A stretch of 32,000 nt of DNA from Planctopirus limnophila DSM 3776 (GTDB lineage Bacteria; Planctomycetota; Planctomycetia; Planctomycetales; Planctomycetaceae), in contig NC_014148.1 of assembly GCF_000092105.1 (NCBI RefSeq), forward strand, positions 2,340,001 to 2,372,000, written 5' to 3'. Both the position numbers and the translations under genes were made by a program. Shown here piece by piece: positions 25,470 through 32,000 of the stretch; position 1 is the first letter of the stretch, and each line of letters opens with the position of its first letter. The notes beneath the pieces were generated by a model. The model did no database searches. It worked only from the letters and a program-made list of their open reading frames with translations, and was not told the origin of the DNA.

Positions 25470-26474
25470 CTACTGCCGGAAATTCAACAAATTGCGAACG
25501 GCCGTGGGGGCCATACTTTTCAGTGGTGCGGGAGCATTGTTTGCACTGGGAGCATTCGAAGCAGGTGCCGGATCCTGTGCGGCAGGTACCGAGTTATCTC
25601 CTCGCGGAAGCACCTGTTGACCGTTATCTCGCGCGGGGGGAGGAACTTCGGTAACGTCGAGCAGCCTGCCTTGCTTGTTGAAATGCTGGACACGCCTCGC
25701 TTGACCCCGGTAAATTTCAGTGAGGAGTGGGAGCTGCGGCGGAGCAGGTGGTTCAAGTCCGAGGATCTCATTGAGTGTCACACGTTCCGAGTTTGTGAGT
25801 GCTAATCCCCCGCTTCCCGCACCATTCGGATTGAAAATCAGTGTTAATGCCCCTTTGGCCTCAGCAAGAGTAATGATGTTGGCCTGGGCCTGGGTCAGTT
25901 CAAGTGTGACTCGGTTCACACCGCGTTCAACTCGGCTCTGTGTGAAACTGCGATTGATGGCAATGACTTTGACTCCTTCGAAAAGTCGCATTGTCACGCC
26001 ACCTTGCAAATCGGCATTCGATTGAGATTCGACCGTGAAGAGCACATCGACGTAGTTGCCGGGCTTGATCATGCCATCCACAATGCCGACCATTTCCGCC
26101 ACCGAAATGGAGACCGCCCGCATACCGTCGGCAACTCTCAGATCCGGGAGTTCACCGGGTTGATAGAGTTGGCCGGCGCGAATTGGTTCGGCGGCTCGAA
26201 TTTTGGTCCGTGCCACTCGTCCGACGATCACACGATTGGCCAGCAGCATGTCGGGCTTCAATTGACTGTTCTGCACGGGCCCCAACCCGATATGACCTTC
26301 GGTGATGAGAGTTCCCGGTTCAATATCGGAGATCGCCATGGGCACATTGCGGGTGGCAATGACGGGCTTTTTCTCCTCACGTGCCAGGAGTGATTTTCCG
26401 ATGTAGGCGACCACGAGAAGTCCCACGACACCGAACATTACCAGCGTCAGAAGAGCAGGGGTCAGTCGACGCAC
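25470..26474 (-). CDS. cpaB: Flp pilus assembly protein CpaB/RcpC (SAF domain) with a Pro/Ala-rich C-terminal tail
   Basis: GTG at 26474 has GGAG 9 nt upstream. An N-terminal TM helix is followed by a SAF-like VPMAISDIEPGTLITEGHI and RVARTKIRAAEPI, as in the CpaB family. The last ~60 aa are P/A/N-rich. Confidence 0.85.
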   Translation of the reverse strand: MRRLTPALLTLVMFGVVGLLVVAYIGKSLLAREEKKPVIATRNVPMAISDIEPGTLITEGHIGLGPVQNSQLKPDMLLANRVIVGRVARTKIRAAEPIRAGQLYQPGELPDLRVADGMRAVSISVAEMVGIVDGMIKPGNYVDVLFTVESQSNADLQGGVTMRLFEGVKVIAINRSFTQSRVERGVNRVTLELTQAQANIITLAEAKGALTLIFNPNGAGSGGLALTNSERVTLNEILGLEPPAPPQLPLLTEIYRGQARRVQHFNKQGRLLDVTEVPPPARDNGQQVLPRGDNSVPAAQDPAPASNAPSANNAPAPLKSMAPTAVRNLLNFRQ

Positions 26475-26667
26475 TTGAGGTCACTCCGTAGGAATGTCTC
26501 TTTCCTCTAGGAGGAAAAAAACGTAATGGCACATTGATCTGCAGAGCACCAGTTCGACTCGCTCTGCCATCCAACTCACTGGCCTCCGGCCAGAACACCG
26601 TGCCACCATCCTTTGCGGCCTGACAACTCTTTCGTAATATCGAGAGATATCGCCCGTTGAAGGTCTT

Positions 26668-27078
26668 TCACTCACGGATCATTCGTGTTTCTGAATACAA
26701 ATTCTGATCAGCAAGCGAAATTCCAATTACCCACAGCAAATCCGGTGCAGCCACCGTCATTGGTACAGAGACTCCAACCGCTACGACATCACCAGGTGTT
26801 TCGGCCAGTTGGCAGTCGACCTGTAAGCCATCCTGTAGTCCTGGACTGAGGACACTTCTCACGATGGTTTCGATATCGTCGGCAGTTGTTCCCGGCAGAC
26901 TGGCTGCCCTGGCACCGGCTCGGCTGGCTTCTACCACCTGGCTGCGGGCATAAAACAGCATGGAAAACTGCAGAAGAGCCAGAAGCATCAGTCCCAGGAT
27001 TGGCAAAGTCAGAGCCAGCTCCATCGTGATGAAGCCCCGTCGTTTACGACATGTGCCTGACTGACTGACCGACTTCAT
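26668..27078 (-). CDS. TadE-like pseudopilin family protein
   Basis: 136 aa. RRGFITMELALTLPILGLMLLALLQF fits the G/XXXXE[YFL] Flp-type prepilin processing motif and hydrophobic helix. It lies 12 nt downstream of the prepilin peptidase gene. Confidence 0.8.
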   Translation of the reverse strand: MKSVSQSGTCRKRRGFITMELALTLPILGLMLLALLQFSMLFYARSQVVEASRAGARAASLPGTTADDIETIVRSVLSPGLQDGLQVDCQLAETPGDVVAVGVSVPMTVAAPDLLWVIGISLADQNLYSETRMIRE

Positions 27079-27090
27079 TTGCCCGGAATC

Positions 27091-27801
27091 CTAATGATTG
27101 GCGAGCCTGGGCCCCGCCTCATGGCTGGCTGCAACTGGCTGATGATCGTTAGAGACAGCCGCCGCAGGTGCCTTTTCGACTTTCCGCTGACTGACGTGTA
27201 ACACAGTGGCATCCAGAAAGAGCACACACCATGTCGCGAGGGCAATCGGTTCGGCATAAGCCATCAGGCCACCGACTCGTCGCAAACTCTCTGTCTGAGA
27301 CTTTCGCCACTTTCCATTTTCGTCTTTGAGCGTCGAGGCCCGCAGGTCTTCTCGAGTTTTCGAGACACCTCGTCGCAGCACGCTCCAGATCAGCATGACA
27401 ACTGATCCAATTGCCACAAAGAGAATCGTCAGCACGACCGTATAAAGCGTTAACTTCCAACCGAGCCAGACAGAGAGTGCGCCCATCAGCTTGGTATCGC
27501 CACCACCACTGGCACCAATGGCAAACAGCAGAAAGAACAGCCCAAAGCCAATCGCAAAGCCCAGGCCTGCATCGGCCAGCCCTGGAAGGCCGTAGAAGGC
27601 GACCTGATAGATCCAACCCAGAGCAAATGCTGGTAACGTCAACCAGTTGTAAATCCGGAAGTACCGCAGGTCGGTATAAGCCGCTGTCGTCGTCAGGACG
27701 AGCACACCGGCCAGAAACACCATGGTCTGTGGATTCATATCGAACATGAAAATGTGCCTTAACACTGATGCAGTGAGATCCATCAAATCATTCAAACCCA
27801 T
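27091..27801 (-). CDS. tadV: A24 family prepilin peptidase (CpaA/TadV type)
   Basis: The protein is polytopic, with the two conserved Asp contexts AAYTDLRYFRIYN and ASGGGDTKLMGAL. ATG is at 27801, and internal ATGs at 27747 and 27738 are plausible alternative starts. A C-terminal ~35 aa tail has no family match. Confidence 0.85.
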   Translation of the reverse strand: MGLNDLMDLTASVLRHIFMFDMNPQTMVFLAGVLVLTTTAAYTDLRYFRIYNWLTLPAFALGWIYQVAFYGLPGLADAGLGFAIGFGLFFLLFAIGASGGGDTKLMGALSVWLGWKLTLYTVVLTILFVAIGSVVMLIWSVLRRGVSKTREDLRASTLKDENGKWRKSQTESLRRVGGLMAYAEPIALATWCVLFLDATVLHVSQRKVEKAPAAAVSNDHQPVAASHEAGPRLANH

Positions 27802-28175
27802 GAAAATCAGAACGCTGGAAACTGGCGCAAGCTGGATTCGACGGGCTTAACAAAACATAGGTTGTGTTTTGCCAGCAGGACGAGTTGACTTTCCTGATGT
27901 TGACGTGATTCCCGAAAGCGACGAGATGGCAAAATGGCATCACTGCCAGAAAAAATTCAGGTTCTTTTGAAGTATTCGGTTGTAGGGATTGTGCTGGCAG
28001 TTTAGGTTGCCGTAATGCGAACAAGTTCAAATGCCAGAACGCCCGCTTTCTCATAAACTCATGGATCAATGGCTGATTGGACACATGAGCTTGTCGAAAA
28101 AAATTGCACTCATTTACGGCTCGGGGAAGTCTGTCGCAGCGTGAGAGACAATTGGCTCAATACGAAGGAACGTCC

Positions 28176-28982
28176 ATGAGTTTAGAGTTGCCCTCTGCAC
28201 AAATACTTGAACAACTGCTCTTTGCAGGCACAAAGGCCGCCCGTCTGGGTGGAGCCATGCTCGAATCGTGGAGAAGCCGTTTTACTGTCACCGAGAAGGG
28301 CCGGGCGAACCTGGTGACGGAGGCCGATTTTGCCTCGCAGAAGCTGATTCACGATACTCTGTTGAATGAATTTCCTGATCATAATTTTCTGGGTGAAGAA
28401 GATCTCGCCACTCGCCCCACATCCTCACCGTTCCAATGGGTGGTTGACCCGCTCGATGGAACATCCAATTACGTGCACGGGTTCCCTTATTATGCAGTTT
28501 CTATCGGCCTGGAGTTCGATGGGGAACTGATTGTGGGTATCATCTACGATCCCACCAGGCACGATTTGTTTACAGCTATCAAAGGACAAGGGGCTTTCCT
28601 GAATGGCCAGCGACTGTCTTGTACAGATGTCACTCGCATCGAAGACGCCATGTGCATTGCCAGTCTGCCGACGGCCACATCGACTTCCGACCCGGCCGTC
28701 AAACGATTTCTATCGATGATCGGGCGGAGCCAGACCGTCCAGAGAACGGGCTCAGCCGCACTCAATCTGGCGTACTTAGCTGCTGGTCGAATTGAAGCCT
28801 TCTGGTCATCAAGCCTCAAGCCCTGGGACATGGCTGCTGGGGTTTTACTGGTTCGCGAAGCGGGGGGTAAAGTTTCCAAGTTAAACGGTCAAAGCTTTGA
28901 TCTTTATCAGCCCGAAATCCTCGCCACAGCCACAGAATCACTCCACGCACAGATCCAACAAATTTTCGTTGAGACGACTTAA
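28176..28982 (+). CDS. Inositol monophosphatase (IMPase/SuhB) family protein
   Basis: Family motifs are present: FLGEE, VVDPLDGTSNYVHG and KPWDMAAGVLLVREAGG. ATG 28176 is preceded by GAAGGAA (28164-28170), and this start gives a family-typical length. The track's version starts at TTG 28104. Confidence 0.88.
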   Translation: MSLELPSAQILEQLLFAGTKAARLGGAMLESWRSRFTVTEKGRANLVTEADFASQKLIHDTLLNEFPDHNFLGEEDLATRPTSSPFQWVVDPLDGTSNYVHGFPYYAVSIGLEFDGELIVGIIYDPTRHDLFTAIKGQGAFLNGQRLSCTDVTRIEDAMCIASLPTATSTSDPAVKRFLSMIGRSQTVQRTGSAALNLAYLAAGRIEAFWSSSLKPWDMAAGVLLVREAGGKVSKLNGQSFDLYQPEILATATESLHAQIQQIFVETT

Positions 28983-29217
28983 TCAGCAAATCCATCGTTT
29001 AGCTGATAGACCTGAGAACGCGGATGCCTGCCTGAACATCGGAATAGACTTTCCATCTCTTCACCATGGAATTCGAAGAATAATCAGCGATCAACAGCTG
29101 ATTCATCGTATACTCAGGATGCTGTTGATCGGTGGCCTTTCATCAGATAAAGCATCGAAAATTCAGTCCTCACATCATGGTACTGTCATCGTACTGCGAG
29201 AAACCCTGTCTTCGATC

Positions 29218-32000
29218 ATGCAGGAGTTTACGACGAACGGCTGTCGAACATCTCGTGGTGATATCAGATCCCTTCCAACGGCAAAGAACCATCGCTTGAT
29301 CTCCCGGCACCTTCTAAGTTCTGACAGAATCTGCCCTCGATCTCTAAGCCAGAGAAAGCAATTCTCTTTTGGCATCAGCCAGCCTGCGTCAATTGGTCAA
29401 CTTTTTTGGACTGTCGTTCTCGGGCTCCTGCTGTTCGCGACTGGAGACTGCCTGGCACAGACTACAGACTTATCAAATCCTGCTCCCACAATTCCAACCC
29501 AGGAAACGGCACCCGCACCTGCTATTCTGCAAGATACCAATCAACCAACAGGGAATGGTCTTTCTGCTAAGACCAGCCAGGCCAGAGAGCTCGAGCAGAT
29601 TCCCGCCGAAGTGATCTATCTACCCAATGCTGCCGGGACTTTAGTCCCCGTCCCGGCAGGTGGAACTGTGGAAGGTTACGTCGAGTGGCTCAAAGCACAG
29701 CGAAGCAAAAGTAAAGCTCCCAAAGCCCCCTGGAGTGTAAGTTCCGTTGAAGTGAGTGGAGTTGTTGAAAATGAACATGCTCGTCTCACGATTCAGATTA
29801 ACATGGACTCCTTGGCGAGTGATGCCCCATTTTCCATTGCTTTGGGTTTGAACGAAGCCACATTAACCAAGATCACCCAAAAGCCTCAGGTTGATTCTGA
29901 GCGAGATGAGACCCAGAGCGTCGATCAGGCCAAAGTCAACGAGACAGGCAAGTTACTGTTTGGTGGTTTTGACCGAGAAGAAGGTTATCGATGGTGGGTT
30001 GCCCGCAGTGGCCGGCATGAACTCGAACTCGAGGCCATTGTTCCCCTTCGAAAGCAATCGGCCACAACCAGGCTGCTGTTGACTTTACCCCCCTCCGCAG
30101 TGAGCCATGCTTCCCTGACAATTCCTCAAGTCGATCTGACGATCAAGATGGCTGAGAGTTTCACTCAGTTACCGGCAAATACATCGACTCCCGGTACGAT
30201 TGTCGATGCTTTCGGATTCGGCCCAAAAATGGATGTTTCTTGGCAACCTGCGATAGTGCAGGCTGCCGATGCCAGCCTTGAGTCGTCGACCATTCTGACA
30301 GCGCGAGTGAACTCGGAATCATGTGTGATGGATGCAGTCCAACGACTGAGAGTTCCTACGGGGAATCCCGTCCAGTTTGCCATGCGCATTCCGCAAGGTT
30401 TTGAACTCGTCACGATTGAGAGCCGGGATTATCGAGAGCATACCCTGGATCCGAACGTTCCGAATCGAGTTCTGATCTCACTTTCGGCCTCAACGACGGG
30501 TCTGGTGACCTTGAATTGGACTGTTCGTAAAAGTATCGAACTTGGCGAAGCTATGACCATCCAGGGCTTTCAAGTCGAGAAGGCACGCCGTCAGAATGGT
30601 GAGATTGGTTTAATCGCCAGTGACGGTATTCAACTGAAAACCGATGATCTTCGCACACCCCAAATGGTGCGGATGGCTGTCGCCGACTGGCAGGCTCAGA
30701 ATTCCGGCGCGCAGGTCTTTCGAGCTTACCGGTTTTTCGGCTCAGGGTTCCAATTGGGTATTACCCCTCAACCTGTGTCTCCGTATGTTGTCTGTGAACC
30801 GCAGATCTTTCTGACAGCTTCCGAAAATGAATGGAAGCTGGAAGCCGTTTATCCGGTGGAAGTTTACCGTGGACGAATCACCTCAATGGAATTTCATTGG
30901 CCCAGCTGGCAGCGGCAGAATTGGGTGATGGAGGCGATCGAGCCTCGAGGCCCGGTGGTTGAATCATTCATTATTGGTGGAGAGAGAAAAGCCCTTGGTG
31001 GACTCGATTCGTCTCCCCGCAATCGAACCAACGCTGAAGTCGACTCCGGGGGCTCAAACTCGAATCTTACAATTGTCCTGTCATCTCCACGCAGTGAAAG
31101 GTTTACGATTCGCTTGCGTGCACGCCGGATGTTCGATGCCGGGAGTGCGTCACAGTTTATCACGGTCCCTATGCCACTGGATTCGGCACAGGTGCCGGCA
31201 ACGCTGGTGATTGCTAACAGTGAAAATATTGAAAGCACCATTCAAACCAGCAGTGGTGTGCCATTGCGATCTCCTGCGGCCACGACAACCCAGGATCTGC
31301 TCTGGCCCGCAGGACTGAATTCATTGCGTCACACGGTCTATCGACTTCCTGCAGAACTCAATGACCTGCATGCCACGATTCGGCCCCAACCTCGCAAAAT
31401 CAGCGGAACCTCACAGACATCGATTGTTCTGCAAGATCGACAACTCCGCATCGATCAATCTTTACAGCTGAAAGTTCAATACGAACCACTCGAATCGTTG
31501 TTATTGAAAGTTCCAGAAGAGATTGTTGACCGTTGTGAGTTTCGCAGTGAGAAGGGTGAATTGTTGCCAAGTGTCTGGGGGCCACTGTTGCCCAGCGGAC
31601 ACCGACAGGTGCAACTGAATTTTCGTACTCCCGTCCTGGGGAATTCGATCGTGAAGGCGACTTATTCGTTTCCGCTTTCCGATCAAGCCACAAAAATCGA
31701 GCCTGTCAAAGTACGACTGATTACTCCCGTTGATTTTTCAATCTCGTCCTCGACTGTCGAATATCCCAAAGGCCAGGCACTGGCACCCACCAGCCCGATT
31801 GCCGGTTGGAGATCAAACTCATCTCCATCGTCACCGCATCAGTGGATCAGTAATGAGGGCGTGGATTCCATCACGTTGCGTCTGGAACCTGGCAGTGAAC
31901 TGGACGGGGATCGACCAGATGTTGATGAGTGTGTGAACACTGTCATCTGCGATGAGTCGGGTAAAGATTTGTGGACCACAAGCATACTGCTTTCGTCTTC
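29218..32000 (+). CDS. Large exported protein of unknown function, 3' end beyond the window
   Basis: I translated this frame (codon phase of nt 29218) by hand and found no stop from before 29119 to nt 32000. It is absent from the ORF track because it has no stop. A signal-like segment, LFWTVVLGLLLFATGDCLAQ (about 29401-29460), is followed by a Pro/Thr-rich linker and more than 750 aa of beta-rich sequence. The start is uncertain: ATG 29218, ATG 29119 or TTG 29296. Confidence 0.7.
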   Translation, partial: MQEFTTNGCRTSRGDIRSLPTAKNHRLISRHLLSSDRICPRSLSQRKQFSFGISQPASIGQLFWTVVLGLLLFATGDCLAQTTDLSNPAPTIPTQETAPAPAILQDTNQPTGNGLSAKTSQARELEQIPAEVIYLPNAAGTLVPVPAGGTVEGYVEWLKAQRSKSKAPKAPWSVSSVEVSGVVENEHARLTIQINMDSLASDAPFSIALGLNEATLTKITQKPQVDSERDETQSVDQAKVNETGKLLFGGFDREEGYRWWVARSGRHELELEAIVPLRKQSATTRLLLTLPPSAVSHASLTIPQVDLTIKMAESFTQLPANTSTPGTIVDAFGFGPKMDVSWQPAIVQAADASLESSTILTARVNSESCVMDAVQRLRVPTGNPVQFAMRIPQGFELVTIESRDYREHTLDPNVPNRVLISLSASTTGLVTLNWTVRKSIELGEAMTIQGFQVEKARRQNGEIGLIASDGIQLKTDDLRTPQMVRMAVADWQAQNSGAQVFRAYRFFGSGFQLGITPQPVSPYVVCEPQIFLTASENEWKLEAVYPVEVYRGRITSMEFHWPSWQRQNWVMEAIEPRGPVVESFIIGGERKALGGLDSSPRNRTNAEVDSGGSNSNLTIVLSSPRSERFTIRLRARRMFDAGSASQFITVPMPLDSAQVPATLVIANSENIESTIQTSSGVPLRSPAATTTQDLLWPAGLNSLRHTVYRLPAELNDLHATIRPQPRKISGTSQTSIVLQDRQLRIDQSLQLKVQYEPLESLLLKVPEEIVDRCEFRSEKGELLPSVWGPLLPSGHRQVQLNFRTPVLGNSIVKATYSFPLSDQATKIEPVKVRLITPVDFSISSSTVEYPKGQALAPTSPIAGWRSNSSPSSPHQWISNEGVDSITLRLEPGSELDGDRPDVDECVNTVICDESGKDLWTTSILLSS

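Noticed and set aside
26377-26675. Two overlapping short minus-strand ORFs (73 and 64 aa) in the tadE-cpaB gap, considered as pilin candidates
   Set aside because: Their translations (e.g. MSERPSTGDISRYYERVV...) are Arg-rich and lack any Flp-like leader or hydrophobic core. One runs into the cpaB coding region.
27788-28084. A 98-aa minus-strand ORF upstream of the prepilin peptidase, considered as a candidate Flp pilin
   Set aside because: It has no G/XXXXE[YF] processing motif followed by a ~20-aa hydrophobic helix. It is too long and too polar for a Flp pilin, it overlaps the peptidase start and it lies in an AT-rich divergent promoter region.
29369-29614. An 81-aa plus-strand ORF listed in the track
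   Set aside because: It is out of frame with, and fully contained in, the long open frame that continues to the window end and carries a proper signal-like segment. Its own translation is Cys/Arg/Leu-rich with no features.

Overview
The window reads as a chromosomal segment of a Planctomycetota-like genome. That call is inference from long exported multidomain proteins, a Tat-signal Gfo/Idh/MocA oxidoreductase, weak Shine-Dalgarno usage and a secretin-less Tad locus. I saw no rRNA, tRNA, CRISPR array, transposase or integrase. Plus strand 1-18369 carries eleven co-directional genes, several joined by ATGA/TAATG overlaps. The first six form a MoxR-type accessory set: DUF58 (5' partial), a BatA_N double-TM/VWA protein, a VWA membrane protein, a 3-TM protein, a disordered coiled-coil protein and a secreted helical protein. 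These are followed by an NPCBM/NEW2-domain protein and three HtrA-like protease-PDZ paralogues. Only the first paralogue keeps the catalytic triad. A Tat-signal Gfo/Idh/MocA oxidoreductase follows at 18514-20094. Minus strand 20164-27801 is a Tad/Flp pilus locus (tadV, tadE-like, cpaB, tadG-like, cpaF, tadB, tadC) with no recognisable pilin, secretin or TadZ/CpaE in the window. An inositol monophosphatase family gene lies at 28176-28982. A long open frame for a large exported protein of unknown function then runs off the 3' edge; the supplied ORF track omits it because it has no stop. The most interesting items are the one-active/two-dead protease array with a fused degenerate alpha/beta-hydrolase domain, and the extended MoxR/VWA cluster of large uncharacterised envelope proteins. 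All family assignments come from motif recognition by eye; no searches were run.
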